Virus record (IMG/VR): IMGVR_UViG_3300033121_001571
Direction: 5' to 3' (one strand)
DNA length: 64,000 bases
DNA from: a virus
Taxonomy: Duplodnaviria > Caudoviricetes
The notes under the pieces are model-generated. The model searched no databases. It worked only from the letters and a program-made list of their open reading frames with translations, and was not told where the DNA came from. Positions 53,333-63,394 of the stretch are shown here, one piece after another (position 1 is the stretch's first letter; the number at the start of each line of letters is the position of its first letter). Both the position numbers and the translations under genes were made by a program.

Positions 53333-56300
53333 TTAACTCTTCTTGTTCTTAACTGGAACAGCTCTTTGTGACATCGTACCAACTGGATACACTGGCGCTC
53401 TGTTATATCCCATGTGATCAATACCTGGCGATATGTCGTGAATTGGTGAAAACGAAACTGTTATCTTGCACATTTTGGGTGCAGTTCTACCAGGAGACAC
53501 TTCCCATGTAACGTTATCGTTCCAGTCAAATCCTAAACTGTCAATCGTACCAGCGATACCTTTTCCTCCAACTTCTTTGAATGATTTTGCTATTGCATTT
53601 GCATCTTGACCATCTTCTTTTAAGAACGTTGACAATAACTGAGCAAACTCATCAGTCTTTGCACTTATTGCTTTTCCTACGATCTTATCAATAGTGTATT
53701 TTGTTGGTCTAAGCATCGTCAGTGGAATCACATATCTTCCACCGATATAACGACTCTGAAACTCACTTGGATTATCGTATTGTTGCTTGATTGTCTGTGC
53801 ATTTATATCCATCCCGCCGAAATCAGCTTCTTCATTAACTTCAACTTTACAGACGACTAACTGGTTATCTAGAATCTTTTCAATACGAACTTGAAAGAAA
53901 TCTGGCACTCCTGTCTGCCAAAACATAAGTGCATTCTGCGGTTTTCCAGAAAAATTGACAGAAATAGTTGAGTCATTGTACAAAGGATACGGAGTGTTTC
54001 CTTGTGGAATAAATGTCAATTCACTTGGAGTTTTCACAGATTCAAGAAATGCTTTAATGAGTTTTTCATAGTCAGCTTGCGTAAGTTTATCAATGTCTGT
54101 GAAAACTTTGTTGTCTAATTTCATAGTTGGATCTCCCAAACCAAACAACCTAGCTAAACCAAATCTAGAATAGTTTGTCTTCCACATATCACCAAGTCTG
54201 ATCCTGACTAACGGGCTTGCACCAATTAACTGAGAAAATGGTTGTGTAAACAAATACTTGCCGTCTTTGTCTTGTAATTTTTTCCCAGCTGTGTATTGAG
54301 GATATACTAAAGTGACTAACTTATTGATCTTGTTCCACATAGCATCAAAGTCTGGAAGTGACGTCGAAACTAGATAAAAGCTCATGGCCATTTTTCTAGC
54401 TGTGCTCTTATAGATCTTTACTGGCTCTACTCTCCCATAATAGTCACCTGATTCATAGTTTGGTGCAAACTCATCTGTAAGAGAAGTCAAGAATGCATGA
54501 AAAGAAATAATTTCATTTGTTCTCACGTCGTGAAAATAAAACGGCACGTATTCTGCGTCTAACATTTTTTCCATAGAATCAACAACGTCTTGTGGAATCC
54601 TCCAACCGTTTGCTTTTGTTCCTATGTGAGATTGTGCTCTAGAATCTAGATCACTTAACACACCAATAGACGGATCAAAAGAACCCAATTCTTTTGCTGC
54701 AATCGCAGATGTTCCAATGTTAGAAGGTAACAAATAAAGTGCTGGTGCTCTGTTAGATGCCCACGCTAATTTAAGACTGTTTTGAAGTCTGTTTTTTGAT
54801 GCTGCATTTCCATTTAAATTTCCATATGCATCCATAGAAGAAACTTTCAATCCTGGACCTATGACATTTTTGTCATAACTTGTCTCTTGAACTGATAAAA
54901 GAGCATCTCCAAGTTGAGCAAAAACGTTACAAGCGTTGATTACCTTAGAAGATTTTAGAAGATCAACGAATGCTAAAAGTTTTTCTACTGCATCAATTGG
55001 ATTGCTTCCAATCTTTGAAAGATAGTCAATGATAACATAGCTAGAACGCACAATTGCTCTGCACACTACAGCGTTAAATCCAGCATCTTGTCCAAAAGAG
55101 TCTGCAACCGCTAGACCAATAGCTCCAAGAGGGTTGTCTGTTTTAAGACCAAAGAACGCGCGGGCGCCCGTTCTCAAACACTCTCCAAAAGAGTGAATAG
55201 TTGGATTGATTCCCACCAAACTAGCTATGTCAAGATTTACAGCAGAAGTAATTGTTCCTAAAAGACCACCAGTCTGATCTTTCTTTTGCCCACTATAATA
55301 ACGACCCAACGCGTATCTTCCCAAAGTGTCTCTAGTTGGATTCTTAGTCTGAGGACTTATAAGATTAAGAAGTGCGCCCAAGCTCTCTATTATGATTTCT
55401 AAACTTGCAACCAGCGCTGCAGAAAGAGGAATCATACCTAACGCATCCATTCCTGAAAATTTATCGCTAGGGTTGTTAAGAGAACCCCAAGAATCAGAAC
55501 CACCAATATCAATGATGTTATCTGTTGGAACTTCTGTGTCTGCTAACTGTTTTAAGATATCCTTTGTTTGAAGCGTGATATTTTTTACTTTAGTGACACC
55601 GAGTTGAGAAGTTCCTGGTAACACTGCAATTGATGAAGCAACGGTTGAACTAGGATCAAATCCTTGGTCATTAGACAATATCTCTGACGTCGCTCTCATC
55701 ATAAGTGCAGGACCAACTTGCATCATCTTTCTAGAAGAAACACTCTCTCCTCCCTTGCTAGATCCCTTTTCTAACCCAACAAGCACTGTAGGATTGTAGT
55801 AGGGAGATACGTTTTCTGTGTCAGGATAAGACACCTGCAAAAATGGAGGAAGATTTGAGTTTTCTTCAATTGGTTGAAATCTGTTGTTTTTCAACACAGC
55901 AGACGTATATTTCTTTATTGTCTTTGAGGTCTCAGTGTCTGCTTTGATCAATAAATCATTTCCGTCTGGAATATTAGCTGAGGACTTTCCTTTCTTAAAC
56001 TCCGTTGCTATCTCAGGAAATTGCTCAGAGTAATATGAGTTTAGTGCTGGCTCAAACCCTTCTTGATTATCCGGAAACTTAATAGGAGTTGGATTACCTT
56101 GATCTGCTGAAAGATTTATCTCAGAGTAACCTGGAGAGACTGGAATATTGTTTGGGACGCCGTTAGTCTGTTCTGTACCAGAGGTAGAGTCACTAAGATA
56201 TTTTGATAGCCTCTCTTTTGTTTTCTTTGTTAGATCTTTTTTAGTGTTATCTTTTTTGATATCGCCAGAAGAATACTGCCCCTGAGAACCTCCTTGGTCT

Positions 56301-56374
56301 TCTGGCACACCTGTGTCATAAGTGTACAGATCTCCATCTATACTAAACCCGCCCGTGCCAGTGTCAATTGGCAT
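53333..56374 (-). CDS. Putative baseplate/tail-tube initiator-like structural protein
   Basis: FHAFLTSLTDEF...YGRVEPVKIYKST.R...SPLVRIRLGD...TWE...APK. Confidence 0.65.
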   Translation of the reverse strand: MPIDTGTGGFSIDGDLYTYDTGVPEDQGGSQGQYSSGDIKKDNTKKDLTKKTKERLSKYLSDSTSGTEQTNGVPNNIPVSPGYSEINLSADQGNPTPIKFPDNQEGFEPALNSYYSEQFPEIATEFKKGKSSANIPDGNDLLIKADTETSKTIKKYTSAVLKNNRFQPIEENSNLPPFLQVSYPDTENVSPYYNPTVLVGLEKGSSKGGESVSSRKMMQVGPALMMRATSEILSNDQGFDPSSTVASSIAVLPGTSQLGVTKVKNITLQTKDILKQLADTEVPTDNIIDIGGSDSWGSLNNPSDKFSGMDALGMIPLSAALVASLEIIIESLGALLNLISPQTKNPTRDTLGRYALGRYYSGQKKDQTGGLLGTITSAVNLDIASLVGINPTIHSFGECLRTGARAFFGLKTDNPLGAIGLAVADSFGQDAGFNAVVCRAIVRSSYVIIDYLSKIGSNPIDAVEKLLAFVDLLKSSKVINACNVFAQLGDALLSVQETSYDKNVIGPGLKVSSMDAYGNLNGNAASKNRLQNSLKLAWASNRAPALYLLPSNIGTSAIAAKELGSFDPSIGVLSDLDSRAQSHIGTKANGWRIPQDVVDSMEKMLDAEYVPFYFHDVRTNEIISFHAFLTSLTDEFAPNYESGDYYGRVEPVKIYKSTARKMAMSFYLVSTSLPDFDAMWNKINKLVTLVYPQYTAGKKLQDKDGKYLFTQPFSQLIGASPLVRIRLGDMWKTNYSRFGLARLFGLGDPTMKLDNKVFTDIDKLTQADYEKLIKAFLESVKTPSELTFIPQGNTPYPLYNDSTISVNFSGKPQNALMFWQTGVPDFFQVRIEKILDNQLVVCKVEVNEEADFGGMDINAQTIKQQYDNPSEFQSRYIGGRYVIPLTMLRPTKYTIDKIVGKAISAKTDEFAQLLSTFLKEDGQDANAIAKSFKEVGGKGIAGTIDSLGFDWNDNVTWEVSPGRTAPKMCKITVSFSPIHDISPGIDHMGYNRAPVYPVGTMSQRAVPVKNKKS

Positions 56375-56377
56375 TTT

Positions 56378-56557
56378 TCACCTGCCCATAAGTACACTGC
56401 TTGAAAAAGTAGATATTGCGTTCACAAACAACGAAAGTAAATTTTTCGTAGTGCTTTCAATCTTGATCTTTTGAGCTTCGTCAGCGTTTTTTAACGCATC
56501 AAGATATAGAGGATCTGATTCAAGCTTTGTCAAGAGTTCATTAAGATCTATTTTCAT
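56378..56557 (-). CDS. Small hypothetical protein (59 aa, not in the ORF track)
   Basis: MKIDLNELLTKLESDPLY...VLMGR*; start overlaps the tape-measure stop. Confidence 0.55.
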   Translation of the reverse strand: MKIDLNELLTKLESDPLYLDALKNADEAQKIKIESTTKNLLSLFVNAISTFSSSVLMGR

Positions 56558-59500
56558 TGAGGACCAAGAGTTATTGGAGGTACTGGTGAATTTCTGTTGT
56601 CTGGTAGAGGTGCTTGTGCAGGTTTGCTCTGATCAGTCAAGAAGTTCAATCTATCTCTTACTATAGATTCTTTTCTTAGAATCATGACTTTTTCAACTTC
56701 ATCAACATTCATTGAGATCTGAAAGTTTACGTTGACAACAACAGCTTTATTAGTGACTTTGTAAACACCCGTCTTACCAATTCCAATTCCCTTTGCAACT
56801 GCCTCTAGTCTAGCTGGAATATCGATCTTGCTACCTGCTGCTAACGCAGTGTCAAGATCATTTACTCTCTTGACCATTTCTTCAACAGCACCAAGAGCAG
56901 TTGCAATACCTCCCGACTTGAGTGCATCCGCTGTTTTATTCAATGGCATCGCAGCGCCTTGCTTAGCGGCACCAGCGGCCATGCTGTTTGCTTTAACTAG
57001 CGCGTTATTTATCTTCTTGGTGAGAACTTCTGGCATGTTCTCGACGCCCTTCTCGAAACCTGCGGTCACATTTTGACCAATGTCTTCAAAAACTTTTGAT
57101 GGTGAGTGAATATCAAAGACTTTCTTTGCAACCTTGATCAAGTCTTTGAAAACAGGAATGTCTAACAGTTCATTTAACTTTTTACCAATAGCATCAACGA
57201 CATTTGAAAATACTTCAGAGATTGCTTTGATACTAAAGACATCTTTGATAGCATCAAATGCTTTTTTAAACGTACTCTTTACAGTTGCAACGATACCATC
57301 GTCACCAACGAAGACGTTCTTTATCTTGTCAATAATACCAGAGAACCAATCAGATGCTTTAGACCAAACACCTTTGATAGAATCCCACGCAGAAGAAAAT
57401 GACGTAGAGATAGATTCTTTGATCTTAGTAAAGATCTTTTGTAACGGTGCAATGACCTTATCATTAAAGAACGTTTCCATAGTTGACCAAATTGCAACAA
57501 TTCCTTCATATGCTTTCTTAAACGGCCACGTTAGTAAATTGACAGCAGAGTTAAAGAAAGAAACTACCGCGTTAAATCCCGCTTTGATAGAAGCCCACAA
57601 GCTGTCAAATGCACTTGAAATTATCTTTAGAACACCTTGTTCTTTAAACGCAGAAACAATCTTTGCTGTGAATTCTCCCAACTTCTTCATAACATCACCA
57701 GCAAAATCGTAAATTTTACTCAGTAACTTGAAAAGCTTACCAAAGACTGGTATGTCCTCTCCTTTCTTTAGAACTTTTGAGATAACGCTGTAAAACTTAC
57801 TCATAAACTCAAACGCAAACTTTACACCCGTAGCAATCAACAAAGGTATAGAGTCAATAGCAAATTCTATACCTTTTTTCACTGTGTTAACTAAGTTTTT
57901 TCCTATTGCTGCAATAGAATCAGCCATCTTGTCTGTGTCACCAGAAAACAGATCTCTGATAAATTGTCCAACAGAAGCAACTAAATCAATCTCAGCAGAG
58001 AGGTATTCTTTGAATCTACCAGTGAAATTTTTGCCAAGTGCGCTTGTCATTCCGTCAAATAGTTGTTTTGATAACTCAGAAGCTTTAGATGCAATCGTCT
58101 GTTGAAAACTTGGAGGCAAGAGTCCAAATGTAAGTGTGTTGATTATACCAAGACTTAACACACCAACTTTTGCTTCAGTTTCGCCAAATTTCTCCGTTAG
58201 AGTCTTTTGATATTTTTCCATAGCCTTACTAGTCTCAACTGCAACACCTGCAATCGCAGCAGCTATTCCAATCTTTCCAAGAGCACCACCAAACTTGCTC
58301 ATAGATTTAGCACCAGATGCTTCAACTGCTTGTGTAAATCCACCAGAAACTAACTCAAATACTTTTGTACCAAGTGTTGGTATGTACTTTACTATTGCTG
58401 AAGTGAGTGCTGTCAATAGCGCCTTTGATAGAACAGGACCGAACAACGCAGTTGCTAAAAATGGAAGCGCAGGACGGATCATATTCAAAAATTCTTCAGA
58501 CTTCAAATAGTTGAATATCTTACCAGCAACTACACTAAACAAGTTCTTTGCAGCTGGCCACAGAACTTTCCAAGCGCCCTCTAACGACTTAGCAATTGGA
58601 CCAAATGCATCTAAAACAAACCCAGCACCCTTTGAACCGCTCTTTAACTTTGCAATAGCTGCTGACGGATCATTTATAAGATCTGCTAAGAAATTCATTC
58701 CTTTTGCTGCAGAATCTGCGACCCACTTGATTCCCTGTGCTGTTATGTTAGCTAACGCCTTAAACATAGTCTTAAACCCGTTAACTATCCTGGCACCAGA
58801 CGAAGAAGAAGCATCAAAAAATGTGAAGAACTTTGAACGTAATTGATTCATAAGTTCAGGCAAAGATGCTTTTCCCTCTGACAGGTCTTTGAAAAATTTC
58901 ACAATAGCATCTGTCACGCCTGATGCTAATTTTCTAAACTTGTCAGGTTTGAAAAAGTCTGCTATTCCGCCTAAGAAATCTTTCATTCCTGGGAATGTCT
59001 GGACAAACATTCTACCCAGTTTGACTCCTTCCATGTACACGACTTGTAGACCCCTCTTGATGTTATAGATGATCTCTCTGAATTCTCTTGATGACTGAAT
59101 ACCTCCTAGTATTCCCTTAATAAACATGTCAAAAAATCCACCAGTCTGAGTTGCACCAGGTTTCACAAGTCTTTCAATGTTATCAGCTAACTTTGACATA
59201 GCTTCTGCTTGTGTCAGTGTCTTCTTTTCAGCGTCACCACCTTTCTTTTTCACTTCATCTAAAGATAACCCCTGATTTTTCAGAGAAAACGCCATTCTTG
59301 CTGTTGCTTCATCAAGACCTGTTGTCTGTGACAACAACTTTAGCTCTTGTCTTGACATGTTTTCTGCAGATTTTCCTGCTGACAAGAAAGCTTTTCTCAA
59401 AGAATCAACTTGAGACGCAGGGTCTTGTGCTTCCATCAACTTGAAAGCATCAACCTGAACTCCGAACGCTTGTGAAAGCTTTGCAGCGTTTTCAGCAGCA

Positions 59501-60552
59501 GAATCAAATGTCTCAAATGCATCTAACGTTCCAACGATCTTCTCAAGTTCTACACCCAACTTTCTAGCAAACACAGACGCTTCAGATATCTGTTTGACAG
59601 TAGCGCCGGCGAAGTGTTTAACATCAACAAGCGCTTTGGCTACATCTTTACCAATAATCTTTGAATCCATAGCAAAGGCTTTACCCATCTCAAGAGCATA
59701 CTTTGCTGTGTCTTTCATAACGTCTGCAAGTTTATCTCCAGCTACGAGTGCTCTTTGAGCAAATGCAGCCATCTGATCATCAGCGACTCCAAGGCCCTTT
59801 TGATATGCTAAGATCGCTCCGCCGTTAGATTGTAGTTCTTTAGTGAGTCTCTGAAATGAAGCACCCATAGCGACAGCAAGTTTTGTAAATGCTTCAATTC
59901 TCTCAGCTAGATTTCCAAAGACTCTCCAAGCCGACAAACCCGTGTCTGAGAACCCTTTTAGGGTCGTAGACATCTCAATTACTGTCTTTGGCGTGGGACC
60001 AGTCAGAGCACCAAACTCTTTTCTTAAGTGTTCAAGAGCTAGTGCTAATTCATTCATACCGCCACCTGCAGCAGCTGCCATATCGACAAGACCTGTAAAG
60101 ATCTTAAGCGGAATTGCTATGATAGCAGCTCCAACGTTAAACAAACCACCCGCGAAACTAGACAAAAAGCTAAGTGAAGATTTGCTTATTGCAACAATGT
60201 TTCGAAATCCCTGGTATAACCCCGACAGCGCGCCAACTGACAAAGCTGCTGCTACGGGGAATTTCTTTTCTAATTGAGTTGAAACTTTTTTGAATTGGTC
60301 TTGTGCCGTCTTAGTTACAGAGCTAGTGTCTTCTATAGATTTTTTCAGTTTTTCAAGATTGATATCATTTAACTCTTCTGCTGATTTTTTCTGCTTGGAA
60401 AAATCAACTTTTTGAGCTGCAGATGCTAATTTCTCCATCAAAGAAATCTGAGTCTCAAGAGATTTCTCAAGTTTCTCTGAAGCTTTTGTAACAGCTTCTA
60501 TTGTTTCATTGAGTTTTTCTGCAAACTCTAACTGAGACTTATCAACAGCCAC
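56554..60552 (-). CDS. Tape measure protein
   Basis: 1332 aa, Ala/Gly/Lys-rich helical, periodic W/F repeats, IHSPSKVF motif, downstream of the tail chaperone. Confidence 0.85.
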   Translation of the reverse strand: MAVDKSQLEFAEKLNETIEAVTKASEKLEKSLETQISLMEKLASAAQKVDFSKQKKSAEELNDINLEKLKKSIEDTSSVTKTAQDQFKKVSTQLEKKFPVAAALSVGALSGLYQGFRNIVAISKSSLSFLSSFAGGLFNVGAAIIAIPLKIFTGLVDMAAAAGGGMNELALALEHLRKEFGALTGPTPKTVIEMSTTLKGFSDTGLSAWRVFGNLAERIEAFTKLAVAMGASFQRLTKELQSNGGAILAYQKGLGVADDQMAAFAQRALVAGDKLADVMKDTAKYALEMGKAFAMDSKIIGKDVAKALVDVKHFAGATVKQISEASVFARKLGVELEKIVGTLDAFETFDSAAENAAKLSQAFGVQVDAFKLMEAQDPASQVDSLRKAFLSAGKSAENMSRQELKLLSQTTGLDEATARMAFSLKNQGLSLDEVKKKGGDAEKKTLTQAEAMSKLADNIERLVKPGATQTGGFFDMFIKGILGGIQSSREFREIIYNIKRGLQVVYMEGVKLGRMFVQTFPGMKDFLGGIADFFKPDKFRKLASGVTDAIVKFFKDLSEGKASLPELMNQLRSKFFTFFDASSSSGARIVNGFKTMFKALANITAQGIKWVADSAAKGMNFLADLINDPSAAIAKLKSGSKGAGFVLDAFGPIAKSLEGAWKVLWPAAKNLFSVVAGKIFNYLKSEEFLNMIRPALPFLATALFGPVLSKALLTALTSAIVKYIPTLGTKVFELVSGGFTQAVEASGAKSMSKFGGALGKIGIAAAIAGVAVETSKAMEKYQKTLTEKFGETEAKVGVLSLGIINTLTFGLLPPSFQQTIASKASELSKQLFDGMTSALGKNFTGRFKEYLSAEIDLVASVGQFIRDLFSGDTDKMADSIAAIGKNLVNTVKKGIEFAIDSIPLLIATGVKFAFEFMSKFYSVISKVLKKGEDIPVFGKLFKLLSKIYDFAGDVMKKLGEFTAKIVSAFKEQGVLKIISSAFDSLWASIKAGFNAVVSFFNSAVNLLTWPFKKAYEGIVAIWSTMETFFNDKVIAPLQKIFTKIKESISTSFSSAWDSIKGVWSKASDWFSGIIDKIKNVFVGDDGIVATVKSTFKKAFDAIKDVFSIKAISEVFSNVVDAIGKKLNELLDIPVFKDLIKVAKKVFDIHSPSKVFEDIGQNVTAGFEKGVENMPEVLTKKINNALVKANSMAAGAAKQGAAMPLNKTADALKSGGIATALGAVEEMVKRVNDLDTALAAGSKIDIPARLEAVAKGIGIGKTGVYKVTNKAVVVNVNFQISMNVDEVEKVMILRKESIVRDRLNFLTDQSKPAQAPLPDNRNSPVPPITLGPQ

Positions 60553-60591
60553 GACTTGCTATAGGTATGAACGCATTCAGTTAGATTTAGA

Positions 60592-60870
60592 TCACAATGG
60601 CCAAGGTATACCCAAAATACGTTCAAACTCTCTAGCAGAGGCGTTTTTAAGATTTAACTTGTGCAACACGCTATCAACTGTAGCTCCAGGTCTGTTTAAT
60701 TCATCCTGAAATCTTTTTGAATTTAACATAGCTCTTGCAACAGCATCAACTTCTTCTGGCGTACCTTTGACTTTGACGTTGACCATCTTGCCAAGCAACC
60801 AGGCAGCTACAGACGCAAAAAAAATCTTTCCAATAAGATTCAATCTTAATTCATTTATTTGTTGCGACAC
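60592..60870 (-). CDS. Hypothetical protein
   Basis: 92-aa ORF ending GIPWPL; TATTTA upstream. Confidence 0.75.
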   Translation of the reverse strand: MSQQINELRLNLIGKIFFASVAAWLLGKMVNVKVKGTPEEVDAVARAMLNSKRFQDELNRPGATVDSVLHKLNLKNASAREFERILGIPWPL

Positions 60871-60913
60871 AACGTAAATATGGACATGTCATCTATAATC
60901 ATAGATAGAGTTC

Positions 60914-61183
60914 TTGAACATTCTTAAACCGGGTTCTCTAATCTTGCTAAAGTGCTATTGTAACACAAAAGAAACAAAATCACACTATCACAAATTATTA
61001 GATCCAATCAATTTACAAAACATATTTGTTCCTATGAACTTTCCTTTGTTTTTTTTGAACATAGAAAGCACCAATAACAGTATGTCTATATTGAAAGGAC
61101 TAGAGATAATAAGCGTCTACTACAACAATACCTTACAAAAGTTGTTGTTGACAAAAAATTACAACTACGTATTGATCACGTAA
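60914..61183 (+). CDS. Hypothetical AT-rich protein on the opposite strand
   Basis: 89-aa ORF filling an otherwise empty gap. Confidence 0.45.
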   Translation: MNILKPGSLILLKCYCNTKETKSHYHKLLDPINLQNIFVPMNFPLFFLNIESTNNSMSILKGLEIISVYYNNTLQKLLLTKNYNYVLIT

Positions 61184-61446
61184 ATCTTCTAAGTCTTGCA
61201 GGCGTCTTGTCTCTGGTCATATTTTGTAATGATCTAGTTGTTGGATCATTGTGATGTAAAGCTCTAGAACGAGCGTCTCCGCCTTCAGTTGATTTTTCTA
61301 ATTCTTTATTGACTCTCTCTATAAAGAATTTCTTGTATGCAACAGGCAAAGTCATAGCTTCAGTGAACGAAAATCCCATATAGTACATCAATAAAAACGT
61401 AGGCTCTAAAACTACAATCTCTTTGTCAGCTTGACTGAGGCCAAAG
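61176..61446 (-). CDS. Tail assembly chaperone C-terminal extension, probably reached by frameshift
   Basis: Reading frame FFGLSQADKE...LMYYMGFSFTEAMTLPV..KKFFI overlaps the end of the upstream gene. Confidence 0.65.
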
Positions 61447-62289
61447 AAACGATGGACCGATCGGAATCGATACCTCCTCTTCGGCTTCACAGCTTGGACA
61501 CACTGAATTTTGTGACATAACAATACCAGGTTCGTTATTTCGAATATAACTTCGAAGTGATAGAGAATCTCTAGCAGGCATAACTTGAATAAATCTTCCT
61601 ATAGCTGCTTTGTCAGTCACAGAATCAATTGCAATTATGTTTTGATGAAGCATTGATGTAACATGTGACTCGCTTGGAAGACCAAGTTTCTTCTGCTTTT
61701 CTTTTGTCTGTGAAGCTTCTTCTTCATCTCTTCCAGTCAAAAACTTAAACTTGACTACTTTTTTCGTAAGTGGAAGAGTGACTTCAAATAGATTTTTTCC
61801 TTCCTCTAACGGATTTATAGTTAATCTCTTGATCTCAAGTTCTTTCAAATCAAATAATCTCTTAGTCTTTGCTTCACACTTACTGCACTCAACTTCTGCT
61901 TCATAGTCTGAACCGTAACCTGTCACTCTAATTGCTACCATAAGAGCAGCGCGGTCACCAACTAAAAGATCTGCGGGATTCACAGTTTTATCAAGTATAC
62001 ATGACTTCAATAACTCAGAAATCGTAGTACCTTTCTTCATAAAAGCTGTAGAGGTCAAGATGTCTTCCTCTTTCGCAGTCATTACTTTAATCTCAATAGA
62101 GTCTTTCATGTAGAAAGGAGAACCAACTGGATACACCAGACCATTTGACGGAAGAGGGACAATTTCAATTGGAACAGAATAAGAAAATTCTGCCTTAGCT
62201 CTGTCAGCTAAAGACATAGCTGGAATACCTTGCACTTGCTGTGGCGTTGTCTGAGAGAACACTGAGTTCTTTGACTCTCTATCGTCCAT
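61426..62289 (-). CDS. Baseplate hub/tail assembly chaperone (T4 gp26-like)
   Basis: LPSNGLVY, MTAKEEDILTS, LLVGDR..LM..IR..GYG, CSKC, CPSC. Confidence 0.8.
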   Translation of the reverse strand: MDDRESKNSVFSQTTPQQVQGIPAMSLADRAKAEFSYSVPIEIVPLPSNGLVYPVGSPFYMKDSIEIKVMTAKEEDILTSTAFMKKGTTISELLKSCILDKTVNPADLLVGDRAALMVAIRVTGYGSDYEAEVECSKCEAKTKRLFDLKELEIKRLTINPLEEGKNLFEVTLPLTKKVVKFKFLTGRDEEEASQTKEKQKKLGLPSESHVTSMLHQNIIAIDSVTDKAAIGRFIQVMPARDSLSLRSYIRNNEPGIVMSQNSVCPSCEAEEEVSIPIGPSFLWPQSS

Positions 62290-62328
62290 GAGTATTATTT
62301 ACCTATTACTTTTTTTATCTACACAAAT

Positions 62329-62535
62329 TTATGCAACTGGAATGACATTGTACTTTACATTGAAAGTCCAGTTGTTGTCTACGAATTGTTCAATCTGTTT
62401 TTCTGAAATGTTAAACACACTCAATATAAACTCCCACTTTTCTTGATACTCTTCTATTTCTATAGAACCCAAAACAAGATCATAGTCTAACCGCTCCTGC
62501 AAAAAGAAAACACTTGTGAGGTTGTACAAAAACAC
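62329..62535 (-). CDS. Hypothetical protein
   Basis: 68-aa ORF in an operon-like run. Confidence 0.5.
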   Translation of the reverse strand: MFLYNLTSVFFLQERLDYDLVLGSIEIEEYQEKWEFILSVFNISEKQIEQFVDNNWTFNVKYNVIPVA

Positions 62536-62885
62536 TAGAAAGGCTGAGGTTCTTGCAAATTTGCATTTGCAACATTCAGATCTTGTTCTGTTGACAAGAT
62601 ATAAGCTTCTACGCTTGGATCAAGACCCAGTTCTACAAGGTCTTTTCTAGATGCGAGACTCAACTCTCCGTCAGCAACTAAATGTTCTAAGAATTTTCTA
62701 GTAGTGTTTATGCTATAACCAATCTCAACAGCGATAGGTCCTATCAAGACTGGTCCACCATCGCGATGCAACAGTCTCATTATCTTATTTCTAACTGATG
62801 GAGGCGGTTGTTGACTCACTCTTGAATTCAACACGCTGGGATCAATACCAGACTTTGTGCCCCAAACTTTGAAGATCTTTGGCAT
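62535..62885 (-). CDS. Hypothetical winged-helix-like protein
   Basis: IMRLL...IGPIAVEIGYSINTTRKFLEHLVADG. Confidence 0.6.
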   Translation of the reverse strand: MPKIFKVWGTKSGIDPSVLNSRVSQQPPPSVRNKIMRLLHRDGGPVLIGPIAVEIGYSINTTRKFLEHLVADGELSLASRKDLVELGLDPSVEAYILSTEQDLNVANANLQEPQPF

Positions 62886-62888
62886 CTG

Positions 62889-63104
62889 TTAACTCTCAGT
62901 TTTATCAAGGTATTTCATCAAGTTTGTCATATATGACAAACAAGACGTTGCTGTCACGTAAACTTTATCTGCAGTCGAACCTGCAGTAGTACTAGTGATT
63001 TTTCTCAAACTCGTTAAAGCAGATATTGCTTTTTTTGCAAATTCAATTGCAAGCTTTCGTCTTTCAGCAAGTGGGATATTGCTATAATCAGTATTATCTT
63101 CCAT
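62889..63104 (-). CDS. Hypothetical protein
   Basis: 71-aa ORF; TACTTA upstream. Confidence 0.6.
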   Translation of the reverse strand: MEDNTDYSNIPLAERRKLAIEFAKKAISALTSLRKITSTTAGSTADKVYVTATSCLSYMTNLMKYLDKTES

Positions 63105-63157
63105 CGCTTCTTTAAGTATCAGCTTGATTTCTTAGTATCAACTATTGAAAATCAATC

Positions 63158-63394
63158 TTATTCAACTTGTTGTAATGTAGACATGTGTACTGTAAACCTG
63201 TGATAGTTAACTTTATCGTCAGTGCGCTTGACTACAACAAGGCTAGGATAACGAAGTCCAAGCCATCGAACATAGGTTACAGGAATTTTCCGACCAGTTG
63301 TTGGACTAGTGTAGATGAATTTGGTACCACGTTCAAATGGTTCCATTAAAGATTCTTTAATCAGATAGACTAGTTGTTTCTTGGTGATTTTCAT
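63158..63394 (-). CDS. Hypothetical protein with MKITKKQLVYLIKE leader
   Basis: 78-aa ORF; TAGTTA upstream. Confidence 0.7.
   Translation of the reverse strand: MKITKKQLVYLIKESLMEPFERGTKFIYTSPTTGRKIPVTYVRWLGLRYPSLVVVKRTDDKVNYHRFTVHMSTLQQVE

Noticed and set aside
56828-60277. Plus-strand ORFs antisense to the tape measure gene, and similar shadow ORFs elsewhere
   Set aside because: They lie wholly opposite long, well-supported genes and have no recognisable motifs.
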